Positions 40,601-51,144 of a stretch of DNA of 64,000 nt are shown here, one piece after another. Source of the DNA: Botryllus schlosseri (taxonomy: Eukaryota); the NCBI GenBank assembly GCA_051294905.1, contig CM119371.1:14572001-14636000 (forward strand), written 5' to 3'. Position numbers and translations under genes: made by a program. The stretch's first letter is position 1. Every line of letters begins with the position of its first letter. The notes beneath the pieces are model-generated. The model was not told where the DNA came from, did no database searches, and saw only the letters and a list, made by a program, of their open reading frames with translations.

Positions 40601-41934
40601 GTTGCTGCATTATCGATAAAATTAAGTACAAAATTGAAAATATGTCACAGAGCCATATCTTATACCCAATAGAGCCATATATGGCTCGCAAGCCATAGGT
40701 TCCCGACCACTGCTATATTGACTCAACGTTGTTACAATGCGCAAGAAAGCGGAAATTTTCAACATTCGAAGTCGGAAACAAAGCTCGCGCTCATCTCTAT
40801 TGTCGGATTAATTTAACCTTATCAGATATAGCGATAAAATCCTGAAACCTTTGTCATTTTGCATGCAGGTTTTTCCATGTACACAACGTGCGTCATCTGG
40901 CTAGCATTTCTACCTATCTTCATAACAAACACCATGAATGTCGGCTTACGGGTAGGTTGTAGCGTAATGTGTGCTTTTATTATGGGCTTCAAACTACAGT
41001 GTTATGCAAATCCAGGTAATGACGACATCGATTTGTTTAAGCCTGAGCGCAACCACAGTGCTACTTTGTTTGTTTGGACCCAAGTGCTACAAGATTTTAT
41101 TCCAGCCGGGGCTCAACAACCGAACTTCCGTCATGTCGCCGAGGTGAGAAACTGAACGAGCATTACCGCTATGTTAGTATATTACCACGAAATCATCCCT
41201 ATGATAATGCGAATAAATGAACACAAGCTATTTATTTGAATATTATGAGGAACTTATCGTCCATAATGAAACTGGAACATTGTGTTGAATTGCGTTACCA
41301 TATCAGGTGATCAATACGCTAAATTGAAGTTCAAGTTCACTTCGGTTGGTATTTTTCTGAAAATCTCGCCACCATCTGAACCTCAACATAGATAAATGTA
41401 TGATAAAAGGTGAGGTCCGGTGCTCGTTTGCAATCGTACTCTTAAGCAAAGATGGCCCAACGGTCGCTGCCGTTCCTTCCAAATTACATGGGTTCATTTC
41501 GAGATCGTACATGTAATATTTACAAAATTTAGATTCATTTGTTCACATTTGCGGCATGTGTGAACTGTCCTTGCCAATCTGAAATTGTACTACGAATCTA
41601 TCATATGAGCAATGACCCTACAAGGCCTACAATCCTACGTCCATGAGAGACATTGCATAGTATTATGCAGGGATATCTAAAACTTCTAGAAATCCCAGTA
41701 TTTATGAAACAACTTCCTATACACAATACACAGATACGTATAACTGGTTTCCTGTGTTGATACAGCTCTCACAAGAGAAAGAATTATTCGGATAAAGAAT
41801 TGTACAAACTCGCAGTTAAATTACGTTGCAATAGTCATCAATTTAATATTCGCTACATTCACTCTCTCAGCGGTACCAAGAGCAATAAGATGAAGTCTTT
41901 CACTCCTTCAAGAGGCGCGACCATCACACCTTGA
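16673..41934 (+). CDS. GRM-like: Metabotropic glutamate receptor-like class C GPCR (Venus flytrap + 9-Cys CRD + 7TM), about 860 aa, at least 22 coding exons
   Basis: Join of 17674-17820, 18068-18157, 22442-22532, 24414-24487, 25470-25556, 25641-25734, 26779-26901, 28790-28948, 29864-30013, 32945-33024, 34081-34243, 34939-35082, 35390-35490, 36171-36301, 36418-36550, 37803-38003, 39011-39287, 40869-40951, 41016-41143, 41871-41934 = 2520 nt. All introns are GT-AG, phases match and there are no internal stops. Family motifs: [90 protein letters not shown]. The two 5' exons are less certain. Confidence 0.93.
16800..16834 (+). CDS. GRM-like probable signal-peptide exon (VLFVTGLLKLS)
   Basis: Acceptor ttgtttcag, donor CAG|gttagt. 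The phase join to the 17674 exon is unresolved (needs the acceptor ending at 17675 or a micro-exon). Confidence 0.55.
17674..17820 (+). CDS. GRM-like exon, start of VFT
   Basis: [49 protein letters not shown]; tag acceptor, gtgaag donor. Confidence 0.93.
18068..18157 (+). CDS. GRM-like exon, VFT
   Basis: INADPSILPGIKVGSIIIDTCNSDTQAVKK; ttcag / gtatgg. Confidence 0.95.
18771..20110. mobile_element. Penelope-like element fragments in inverted arrangement (minus about 18771-19528; plus about 19531-20110)
   Basis: GIY-YIG endonuclease ILYEYTCRCDSRYVGRTSQ...RIRQH...SAIGQHL...LKVLESTIIK...KPILC on both strands; upstream linker VYLHLPWIGKIS; disrupted. Confidence 0.9.
20064..20103 (+). ncRNA. Minimal type I hammerhead ribozyme at Penelope 3' end
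   Basis: Stem I TTTGCTA/TAGCGAA, core CTGATGA, stem II GA-gtcag-TC, GAAA, palindromic AAGCTT stem III. Confidence 0.8.
21023..21050. mobile_element. 28-bp palindromic micro-element with 8-bp TSD
   Basis: ATTCTCGG-CAGGGATATCTAG-TT-CTAGATATCCCTG-ATTCTCGG. Confidence 0.85.
21105..21405 (+). mobile_element. tRNA-derived SINE family A; other copies about 7921-8195(-), 15805-15960, 23880-24040, 29055-29215, 57810-58068
   Basis: A-box-like TAGCGTAGTGG, B-box-like segment, shared body (gccgtgctacaagtc, gcctggtgtaaatgaccatt..agtcga), (CAA)n-like tail. Confidence 0.8.
22442..22532 (+). CDS. GRM-like exon, VFT variable loop
   Basis: LVLDILPRMLNGRRPIRRQHTPYIPPSIIA(G); ttgctag / gtattt; supplies the required phase 0-to-1 bridge. 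Confidence 0.75.
24414..24487 (+). CDS. GRM-like exon, VFT ligand pocket
   Basis: (G)[24 protein letters not shown]; cttcag / gtgaat. Confidence 0.95.
25470..25556 (+). CDS. GRM-like exon, VFT ligand pocket
   Basis: VSFWSTSPDLSNKKRYEYFFRVVPSDINQ; ttccag / gtaccg. Confidence 0.95.
25641..25734 (+). CDS. GRM-like exon, VFT
   Basis: AKAMIALVKQRGWTYIAIVYEDDTYGLRGFQ(E); aatag / gtagca. Confidence 0.95.
26779..26901 (+). CDS. GRM-like exon, VFT
   Basis: (E)LRDLGEKEGVCISAFHPVPRSPKQHHFEAIVTDILATKSR; cacag / gtatgg. Confidence 0.93.
27446..27630 (+). repeat. Short interspersed repeat starting TCTTAGCG; copies about 9912-10094(-), 42108-42260(-), 46773-46928(+)
   Basis: Shared ctgatatacgggtgt..atatacaccc...gtaggaacgta...gtaggca; class not determined. 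Confidence 0.75.
27632..28176. mobile_element. MITE, TAGGGTTGCATT family; second copy starts at 47088
   Basis: Right end AAATGCAACCCTA; internal sequence shared with 47088-47440. Confidence 0.75.
28790..28948 (+). CDS. GRM-like exon, VFT
   Basis: (A)VIVFTKSNDASKLMKAAQEVGGQARELLLIGSDGWTNEIPNPADVSDDEILH; ttgcag / gtagtg. Confidence 0.94.
29864..30013 (+). CDS. GRM-like exon, VFT
   Basis: (G)AVGFHPSASSLQDFDEYFLNLTLAQNLNNSRNPWFAEYISKSNLCDVGN; ttacag / gtgatt. Confidence 0.93.
30920..31746 (+). mobile_element. hAT 3' remnant with hATC dimerisation domain
   Basis: LHFWATRKNEYSMLFSVVQKCLSIPASSALVERVFS; ends TTTTTGAACAGCCC, matching related ends at about 525 and 16445. Confidence 0.85.
31231..32470 (+). 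repeat. Intronic copy of 1-1210
   Basis: Collinear with 1-1210. Confidence 0.92.
32945..33024 (+). CDS. GRM-like exon, VFT
   Basis: (G)SAVRGRECDIDERVNPDSFHSMALMQ; tttag / gtaaag. Confidence 0.88.
34081..34243 (+). CDS. GRM-like exon, VFT
   Basis: HVGDAVLALIHALDEHHKKVCKGKHEMCWAISRDVGTTRLASKLVPILKRINFT; ccgcag / gtaagt. Confidence 0.94.
34939..35082 (+). CDS. GRM-like exon, end of VFT
   Basis: (N)SNGKAVYFDATQDGPTSYDILNYRIDRNVTPKSRIERWEKVGFFVND; gatag / gtaaga. Confidence 0.94.
35390..35490 (+). CDS. GRM-like exon, start of CRD
   Basis: (A)IHWSKKLVDKVYSTESVCSKACGPGMATIIETE; ttctag / gtatag. Confidence 0.93.
36171..36301 (+). CDS. GRM-like exon, cysteine-rich domain
   Basis: ICCWHCEQCADYEYVSDNGTSCSKCPPGRKPNFYQTGCELLPV; ctttag / gtaagt. 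Confidence 0.96.
36418..36550 (+). CDS. GRM-like exon, TM1-ICL1
   Basis: (R)[44 protein letters not shown]; ccaag / gtaagt. Confidence 0.94.
37803..38003 (+). CDS. GRM-like exon, TM2-TM3
   Basis: ELCFFILFGITITFLNFFAMAARPTLTSCAISRIILGLGPTIIYAGLVTKTVRVVIIFRSKGTLKLM; tttcag / gtaatt. Confidence 0.95.
39011..39287 (+). CDS. GRM-like exon, TM4-TM5-ICL3
   Basis: TRKYLQPCYQLLTASGLVLLQVLVVLLWLILSPP...[32 protein letters not shown]; ttacag / gtgagt. Confidence 0.96.
39847..40712. mobile_element. Non-autonomous hAT-type element
   Basis: TIR CAGTGGTCGGGAACCT, TSD CTATATTG. Confidence 0.92.
40869..40951 (+). CDS. GRM-like exon, TM6
   Basis: (G)[27 protein letters not shown]; atgcag / gtaggt. Confidence 0.96.
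41016..41143 (+). CDS. GRM-like exon, TM7
   Basis: VMTTSICLSLSATTVLLCLFGPKCYKILFQPGLNNRTSVMSP; follows a 64-nt intron; tccag / gtgaga. Confidence 0.95.
41871..41934 (+). CDS. GRM-like C-terminal exon, candidate A
   Basis: Acceptor ctctctcag, phase 2: (S)GTKSNKMKSFTPSRGATITP*; the other two frames close earlier. Confidence 0.7.
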
Positions 41935-43599
41935 CCAGGCAAGTATACCATTGAGACTCGTCTCCCGGTACGAGTTAATGTTCAGCGTATACGCTCTTAG
42001 CGAAACGATTGCGTGTTCACATCCAAAGGACTGAAAAGGGTGGTACACGAAAACGGAACCTTAACTCATAATGATATTGCAGTCATAAATCCTACGTGAA
42101 TGCCTGCTTGTGCTTACGTTCCTATTTGCATGCATATTTCGGATTAACATGTTGCACTCGAATTATACCGCAGTATAAGTCTAAGGCAGGTTTTGGTTTC
42201 GTATGTCTTTGGTTTATATTTACACCCGTATATTAGCGGTGGTACACGGGTGGAAATACATAGTGGTGAAGCGTGGTAGTGAGCGTCGGCGCCATCAAAG
42301 CAAGCGGCCTGGTTCGATTCCCACCTTCGAAGGTTATTCTGGGCTCCTCGGCCCCGTGTCACTGTTCTTGCGACGACAAAAAAACGCCCACGAAAAAGAC
42401 CCGATAAAGAAAGAAAAACAGCAGGAAATAGCTTCTAAAAAGGACCTACGAAAAATAATAACATCGAAAAAGACTGTGATATCGAGTTTGAGGCGGAAAC
42501 TGTGATATCGAGGTCGAGGTGGAAGCCAGTTCAAGAGACCCTAACTGGTTGGTTGGTCGTTCGGCATCGCGATTGAGCATTCATTCCAAACAATATTCAT
42601 CAAATGGCAGACATTTTTGTTGGTTTCAAAGTAGTTTTAGGCTCCAGACAGGGTATAGGCACAATGCATCTTGTACTCCCGGATGTGGTGTTTCACACAC
42701 CCAAGAAGTCCACGGACCCCTGAACCCCCGCCCTCTGCCTGGTTGCTGCAAAAAGAAGACATCTTTCTAGTGCAGGTGCCCGTTAACAAAAGCAGGCGGG
42801 CCGTGACGTTAAACCTCTATGTCAGTGGTTCTCGACAGGGAGTCCGCTGAACCTCCAAATTAGACAGTGGCTGATAACTTGGTTTGTATTTTTATTAGAA
42901 AAATTACGAGGCGGTTTCGCTTTGTAACTGCTACAACTCATGGACTCACATAAACAGAATGGCGGTCCGAGATGAAATATTCTACTGTGCAAACTCAGTT
43001 GAATTGCCAAATTGCTAATAGCTTACTGATACAAACGTGTTGCTGTTTAGAGAAGTTTCGTTGGTGTTTTGGAAAAAAATTGTTTGCAAAAATCCATTTT
43101 CTCCTGTGTTATACATAACCGCTATTCTAGAATAACGTCAGGATGAACTGCTAGATAAAAATGACTAGGCTGGACGTTTTACGTACATTTGAAATTTGCA
43201 TCTCAATTTGGGTTTTATATATGTTGCGATCATACCCAAAGATGTCGTCGGAAGCGTGATTTGAAATCGCCGAACTACCCCCGCAAAACTGATGAACTGG
43301 ACATTTCAAGATCCTGAAAGTAATCTTAGACTCCTAGTATCGTTATGGTTCTTAGTCTGCGGCTTTCTTAAGGTGCGTAGGCTTCATAATTCGCCGAAAT
43401 AATGAACCTATCGCGATGCCAGAAAGTTGTCGACTATAATGAGTATTAGATACAATAGGTTGGCAATTGATAATGACTGACAAATCGTGATGCTTGCTTT
43501 AGTCAACTCAGTAAATATTGCGCCTGGCTATGGTTACACTACTCTTGAGCATTGCTTTTGTCAATGTAAAGTAGTATGATATCATTTATTACATTGCAG

Positions 43600-43645
43600 A
43601 TATTCTTCGACTAAAAGCAAACAACGCACGGAGTTTGCACCTTGA
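43600..43645 (+). CDS. GRM-like C-terminal exon, candidate B
   Basis: Acceptor tttattacattgcag, phase 2: (R)YSSTKSKQRTEFAP followed by TGATGA. Confidence 0.5.
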
Positions 43646-44067
43646 TGAATCATACGATGAATTCCTTCCCAGCAAGGCGTATATCGACATATACCGTCAA
43701 TATCATGTTGTATTGTTAAAGGACTTATTGATAGGCGCGTTCGATACCGGAATGTTTCTAGTTGTTATCATTGAACAATCGCAGCGATGGACGAATGGCG
43801 CTATGGAATACGGTCAATGTGCTATTGAAACTCGCGACGGACTGACATACAACTTAATATTACGCACGTTCTATTGTTATTATACTATACTTTACTTTCA
43901 ATGCATCTCCAATCACTATGTGATTTATCGTATTTTTAATGGCTCGTCATGACATTTTTGCAAATAATCGCGAATAGTACCTTTTAGGAAATTGATTACC
44001 CTGTCATAGATAGCTGAAGCTTGGGTACAGGGCAGGGGGTAATGCTACCGCCAGAGTTTCCCTGCAT

Positions 44068-44464
44068 TAGGGTTACCATACGCCCGCCTTTGGGGGATCC
44101 ATCCCCTTTTTTAAAGACATCGAAACCGTCCTCCGATGACGCCCCAATGTCCTTGTTTTTGGCAATCCGTCCTCCTTTATAGCTTACACAGGCAGGTTAT
44201 TGTACAGGCAGAACAACTTAAAAACGCCATAAATGGCGCGAAAACCAGATTGCGATGAAAGGGAAAACAAAAAAACTGAAGTTAGAGCCGGTCTTACCGG
44301 GGGCCAATTGTGAAAAATGATCTTATTTTACTATTAGGCAACACAGCAGTATTGCCAATAAATATTTATTTCAAATTACCCGTTACCTCGTCCGATTAAT
44401 CATAGAAGTGTTGTGATTTGTAAGAAGTGTCCTCATTTCCGAATTCCAAAACATGGTAACCCTA
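44068..44464. mobile_element. MITE, TAGGGTTACCAT family
   Basis: TIR TAGGGTTACCAT/ATGGTAACCCTA; TSD degenerate; related copy starts at 61578. Confidence 0.8.
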
Positions 44465-44677
44465 CCCTACTGCTCTACATCGCCGTGGTGGGTGAGACAT
44501 TTGGTGGGAGGTGTTGACAAATGCAGTTGAGTGAATATTGTTAATAGTACTCCGTTCATTAATGGAATTGTTTACTTCTTCTGTAAGAGTAAATGATGTT
44601 TTATTATCTTTGTATCAATTTTGCTGCTATAGCAACAGCTGCATTGCATCAGACTAACCGCTCAGACGACCTCGCAG

Positions 44678-45624
44678 CAGTGTTGGGATCAAGTCACTAC
44701 CTTCGAGTCACGAGTCATTTCGAGTCATTGCACATTTTGACTCGAGTCAAGTCAAGTCAATCGATTTTAGAATATGACTCAAGTCAAGTCAAGTCACTCG
44801 ATTTTTGGAGGTGACTCGAGTCAAGTCGAGTCAAGTTAAGTCAAGTCAAGTCACGAGTCAAGTCACAATTCAAGTCAAGTTGCCTTTTCGAAGTATGAGG
44901 CATGATTAGGTCATTGCATTTTGCAAGCTGTCTAAAATACAGATTGAGGGGTCATTGATTCTGAACCAATGAACGAATATAGAGTAGAATGTGCACGCAA
45001 GAAGGCGCTGTATCGCTCACATTTACGTAGAACTGCTAAAGTACGTAAGTAATTGCATAGCATCAGTTTATAGTTACCAGCCAAAATAGAGACTAGAGAA
45101 ACGAATTGATAAGATGCAATACATTACCTCTTTACATATAGATATGATACATTTCGAGCCTGCGCCAATGGTTGATGACTATAAACTATATTCGAATTCA
45201 ATTTCAATAAAACAAGAGGTTTGGTGAAGGTAAGAACAGAAACAGAAATATACATTTAGCTATTAAATTACTTTACTGTACTAGTTACGACATTGTAAGC
45301 TATAAGCTTGATCACTTCGTTTGCGGTCAATTTATTTGTGAAAGAACAATGGAGGCATATTGAAACGCACGATCATTTAATGATTAGTCGCTCTCACGTG
45401 TTACACGAGCGTTTCGCGAGCAATCCGACCATATGCAAGATACAATGATTTTCATCGACACCGATTACTTGATGACTTGAAATTGACTCGTGAATTTTGC
45501 TACGAGTCACGAGTCAATCCATCTTTTTGATATTACGAGTCAAGTCAAGTCAAGTCATTTTAGCAAAGTGACTCGAGTCAAGTCAAGTCATACGTAAAAG
45601 GTGACTCGAGTCATCCCAACACTG
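44678..45624. mobile_element. Non-autonomous hAT-type element with (AGTCA)n subterminal repeats
   Basis: TIR CAGTGTTGGGAT, TSD CCTCGCAG; fragments of the family at about 3072-3250 and 48150-48371. Confidence 0.93.
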
Positions 45625-46279
45625 CCTCGCAGCCAACCCATTCCAGACGACAGGCGCAATCATCAGTCACGAAATACACAGACTACTTCGAGCTCGCTTA
45701 ACGTATGAGGTTTTAGTGCGCCCTTTAAGGGCTACGAGTCACCCTACCTGTGGGTGCGATGAGGTTATCAAAGGTTACGCATCTTGAATTTCTTCTTCCT
45801 TTCTTTCCTGTTTCCGTTTTCCTTCTTATCTTTCCTTTCCGTTGTTTAACCGTCATCTGTTTTTCATAGTTGCCCCGTCCTGTTATGTTCCTTTATCCAT
45901 CCTGGCCGGCGTGGTACTAGTTTCTTTGTCATGTATCTTTTGCTTTCCTTTTGCATTGCCATGTCACAGACCTCACAGTATGGGCAGTGGTCCAGCGCTT
46001 TTTTACTCTTTTTCTAGCACGCGGGTCTATTCGCGGCACATGAATATCTGTCCTACTTTCTGGCATATTGCGCATATCGTTTTGTCTCCCTTTTTCGGTT
46101 TCTGTCCATTGTAATCTATTACTTACTTTTCGTTGCAGCATGCCTTGTCACAGTTTGCATTTTATACACTGCCTCATAGTCCTGTCTTATCTAATTTGTA
46201 TTGTTCCTTCGCGCTGGAATCAGGGAAATCTCGGTGCCCGTTCTGGTTGCGTGTAGTGCGGTAATAATAAGTAATATAC

Positions 46280-46590
46280 GATTGACACGCTGTCGCAGTA
46301 ATCAGAAACATGAATGAGAATGAAAGCCGCTCAGACGACCTCGCAGCCAACCATCCCCAGAGGAAAGGCGCAATCATCAATCACGAATGCAGGCTACGCC
46401 CACGTTCGAGTTCGTTTCATGCTCAGGCCGCGATGTTCCGTCTCATCATCGCGGGGCTCGCAATTTAGAACAATCACGATCAAGATACACACTATAGAAA
46501 TGATCCCTAAAAGTATGATCTTAATTACTTGTATGCGGTCGCGCCATCATACTCGAAAATTATATATAGCATTGATGGTGAGCATGAGCA
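46280..46590 (+). repeat. Unclassified interspersed repeat; inverted copy about 23185-23500, fragment interrupted at 44677
   Basis: Collinear similarity (gccgctcagac.acctcgc, atgatccctaaaagtatgatctta). Confidence 0.8.
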
Positions 46591-46608
46591 CCATATATCT
46601 GCCATTTC

Positions 46609-46640
<32 letters not shown>

Positions 46641-48611
46641 CTTCTCTTTTCCCTCTTACTACGACGACACGGATCACTCATTTTTGCTGACGGCTCCACA
46701 ACAGATGACGGGGAGCCTGCATGCGGATGCGGCTATGAATTGTGGCCCCATGAGGTTTACAGATTAGCACATTCTTAGCGAAAAGAGTGTGTATTTCCAA
46801 CTCTGATATACGGGTGTGAATATACATCCAAGACACACGATTTTAGAAGCTAGCTCAGCGGTATGAATCGCGTAAAACCTTTTAATCCAAATTATGCATG
46901 TACGTAGAAAGGTATGCACGTAGGCATGAAGAATTTATGATCGTGATAAAATTCTGAGTTAGGTTCTGTTTTCGTGTACCACCCTTTTCTGACTTTTGGG
47001 TGTGAATATTCGCATGTCATCGAAAACGGTAATAGGTCCGAACTCTGATGTTCCTACATACCGACTTTGTATTTCGATATCTGTAAGTAGGGTTGCATTT
47101 AAAACAAAAATCAATTTGAAACAAACATATTTAAAACAAGGCCCTTGTTTAAAACATGTTTTTATTGTGTGTTTTTTTGTTTATTTGTTTTTAAGCCATG
47201 ACGTCACGAATTTACAATTGTGATGCCATAGTGGATTGACATTGACAATTGAAAATATAGGGTAAATATAGCTCCTTTGACGAAAGCTGTTGAACCGACT
47301 ATTTTCAGGGTTCCACCCATCCCATGTGGTATACGTCGGCTATATCGGGTGACAATCATCCGTAGGCTCATACAACATGCTTTTTCGAAAGTATCTATAC
47401 AATTATATATGGCATAATTATACAACTTAAAACAACGCAATTATTTACTGTAAAATGCCTTCTGCGGGCCCGTGAAGTATACATCGTTACGCCTCGCGTC
47501 CTTCGCAGCAATCTAGTATTACGCAACATTATATAATTGCTCAGGCTCACACATTAGCCGTTCATAGCTCCATGTTGCTCCCCACCACGTTTCCGACAGA
47601 GTTTTGCCGATGTCGCTTTTTCTGGGTAAATTCCAGGATGTTTAGGCTTAGTTTCTCCCTCGTTCAACGCATGCTACGGATGATTATTGGCTTTACCGAC
47701 TTGCTTCAGCTGATGTCATAAATTGCATAACGAGCTCACTTTGCCGCTTATTTTTATGGCATAACTGTGCAAAATGGGGCATACTGTTATAGTGGTACAG
47801 ATGGTATAAAGGTAATTCTCGATATAAAGGTAACTCTCCGGTGCAATTAAGATCCATGATTGCTGTGATACGTTATTGGGATATAACAACATCGGGACAA
47901 TACATTTATTCCTTATGGAATTTAGATTATTCACAAATGCGTGAAAAGAAGGGTAATTTGGATCGGGAACATATTGATTATTACTTCAACTCCAATTCGG
48001 TACCAAGATTCAGGATACCTACAGGTGACCGATTTCGCGAAATGTATTTTCTGATTGATTGCTGATATGCCATCCGTGCTGAAGACAATGTGGTGGCCAT
48101 CTGGCCTAGTTTGAGTCGTTGTTTGTGAATGATTGATTACTAGGGCAAGTATTCAACTCTTTATTCGACTCGATTCAGAATAAATGGGGTCTCTGTCCGT
48201 ATTCCAACCAGCTGGCAAAGGTATGCAATGAATATGAATTCTGCTGCGTAGACAGAAAATTCAATTTGACTTGACTAGCGATACCTACAAAATTCGAGTG
48301 ACTTGAGTTGAAATGTGAAATGACTCTGGATGACTTGCGACTCGTAAGTAGTGACTTGATCCTAACACTGCATGTAACCTTCGTAACATAATCACGGATC
48401 ATATATAGGCTCTTTCGAGGCAACATTACAGATATGCTCAAATTGTCCATGCTCAAATACGAGATTGAGCGATTGATTGATTGGTTCATGAAATTATATT
48501 GAGGAAAGTAAGGGAAAGGCCGTAGTTTATTTTTGTCCTTGATGTTTTTTGCGGCATATACACCGACTCGTGATATAAATATACACGATCTGTGCATATG
48601 CATACCATGAG

Positions 48612-51135
48612 CAGACATGGGGTAAAGGCGATTAGTAATCGTAATCGCAATCGACTACTTCACATATCTAATCGATTTCCCTGTGAAAGAACGATTACTT
48701 TTTATTTGTACAATGAATATGACATAACCGAACATTCGTGAACATTACAAGGAAGAGATATTATACCAGGTTATTGATAGCGCACGCGGTTGATTTCAAA
48801 CGCCCCTGCTCATTATTACGTCAGAAGTATTAGCTTTGCTCGTCCTTGTGTAAGTAGTATCCGCACATAGTAAATATATATTCGATGTACATTGTTGTCT
48901 GATTGTTAGAACAGTGTAAGACATGCTGTATATCAGGTTATTATTACACTCCAGACGCCAGTACCTCGAGCAAGATAATAATCACCACTCTGCCTAGTTT
49001 CAAATAGTAACTTATGTATTGATGTTTGGTTATGCTTATAGTTAAACGCAGTTTGACCGTTGCTGCTTGGCGAGCAGTAGGCCTGTCTATGTAGTATACG
49101 TATGTATTGTACGTGCGCCGGACAAAGATTTGAAGTTTTGTACTCGTCAAATAAAACATTACGATGGTTTAAATCAACAGCTGCGTTTATATATCATAAC
49201 CGAGCCGTTCTTTGCCGTTTCTCGTAACGGCATAACGGCAGCTTGCAGTATCTGTATTAAGTGGAATGTAGAATTTTAAGTTCACTTTATCTTATTCTCA
49301 TATGACTACTTGAAACGGGCGCCAATCGTTATTTCACAATTCTTCACTCGACATTTATACCTGTCGCCATAGCCATCCGCTTATACACCATGTTAGCGTG
49401 GGTTGTAGGTACAATCAGGACCAAAACAGCGATTCGTCCCCCACTCCAAACGTTGGTATTGGTAGGGTTGTAACCAAGTTACAATGTTCCGAGTCACAAG
49501 TCAATCTCACTTTTAGAGTTTTGACTCGAGTCAAGTCGATTCATTTTCAATTCACCCCCGAGTCAAGTCCGAGTCCAAGTCGGCTAGTATAGGGCCGAGT
49601 CCGAGTCATATTTTTTGACTCGAGTACGAGTCCATGTCGTTATGTTCACAGATCAGTTTTCTGATCATTCAGGTTCAACCCCTTTTTTCAACTCTGCTCG
49701 AGTGATATAGAATGGCTCGTATTCAGAATATAGTAATTTTCATCAGTTTTCACAGTTTATGGCCCCATTTCCAAGTATCAGGACTGATAGACGAAATACA
49801 AATAATGTGGTAACTTTACTATTCTTCGAAGTTACATGGAATGTCTGTCTCGGCCGTTCTAGTCTCGAGTCATATGACTTGGTTCGAGTCATGCAAAATG
49901 ACTCGAGTACAAGTCGGGTCAATAAAAAAAATGACTCGAGTCAAGTCTATTCACCAAAAAAATCGAGACTCGAGTCGAGTCATGACTCTAGTCATTACAA
50001 CCCTGGGTATTGGGGCCTCATAGGGTGGTCAGTTTTCAAGTTGATGACTGAATTTCGTCAATAATATTGGCAATTGCATTATCTTGCTATTCATTCAGAT
50101 TTACCGGTAGAGCTGGGGGCAAGTAATTCATAATTATAGCATCTGGTATGTTGTTATAATTTCATTATTGTATGTTGTTAATTCGTGACTTCTCGCCTTT
50201 TATATAATCGAAAGATACTGTAGTCGCCCAAACGTAGCGGACTAAAAGAAAAACTTTCGTGAGACGCACACACAAATTGCCATGTCTTCATTCCTCTGTG
50301 AGTGCCCCAAGTGGCATTTGCATTGTTGGGGCTCAGATTGGAAGGACCGGACTATTCGTCACGCCCACAGAGCGCGGCTATTGACAATGGACACACATAC
50401 CCAACGTTTTGACCAAGGTCATTCTTTGGTAGCACACTTTGTGGAGTTGCATGTTGGCCGAAATTGCATACGTTTTTTGATGTGCCGTGGCGGGGTAATG
50501 ACCGCCACCGAAATGCCCATTCCTATAAATTATGCATGCTTTTTGTCTTGAGGGGGAGAGGTATGCATTTCAAAATCAAGCTATTTAGAGACATTAAATC
50601 CCGAAGCTCGAAGAAAACTTTAAAATTAATTAACTCTCTAGAAAATACGTTGATTTACGAAATACTTTTGAGTCCCCTTAGAGCTCGCTCCCGGTCCTAT
50701 GGTTAGTTGGCAGATACGGACCTGGCAAGAATGCAAATCGTTGGGTGCTACGAATAGTCCTGCCTAGAGGTGGGCAATGGGTGCATTATGACGTAACAAG
50801 CAAATGACATATGATTTATAAAGAAAGTTCTTATCTCATTAGAGCTTTTCATCGCAAGCCCTATTTATATTGTCTTGCAATATCTCTTCTGAAATTAGTT
50901 ATAAGAAGCAAAACAAATGTAATGGTGAGTAATCGTGATTACTTTTGAAAAGTAATCGTAATCGTAATCGACTACTTCCTAATTTGGCTGTAATCGTAAT
51001 CGTAATCGTAATCGCGGGATTCACAAGTAATCGTAATCGCAATCGATTACATTCGTGAAGTAATCACCCCATGTCTGTTCACAAGTAATCGTAATCGCAA
51101 TCGATTACATTCGTGATCTAATCACCCCATGTCTG
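48612..51135. mobile_element. 2.5-kb non-autonomous hAT-type element with (AATCGT)n subterminal repeats
   Basis: TIR CAGACATGGGGT/ACCCCATGTCTG, TSD ACCATGAG. Confidence 0.9.
49463..50005. mobile_element. MITE nested in 48612-51135
   Basis: TIR (T/C)AGGGTTGTAA, TSD GGTATTGG, GACTCGAGTC repeats; related to the ends at 1210 and 32470. Confidence 0.9.
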
Positions 51136-51144
51136 ACCATGAGT

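Noticed and set aside
17674..41934. Assignment to a specific vertebrate GRM1-8 ortholog
   Set aside because: Mixed group features and a divergent pocket; needs a phylogeny.
42260..42330. tRNA-like sequences here and at about 5720-5792 and 51300-51370
   Set aside because: No proper cloverleaf, and they run into repeated bodies, so they are SINE heads.
44690..44880. Periodic AGTCA/GACTC and AATCGT arrays resembling CRISPR or satellite
   Set aside because: No unique spacers; they are subterminal repeats inside TIR- and TSD-bounded elements.
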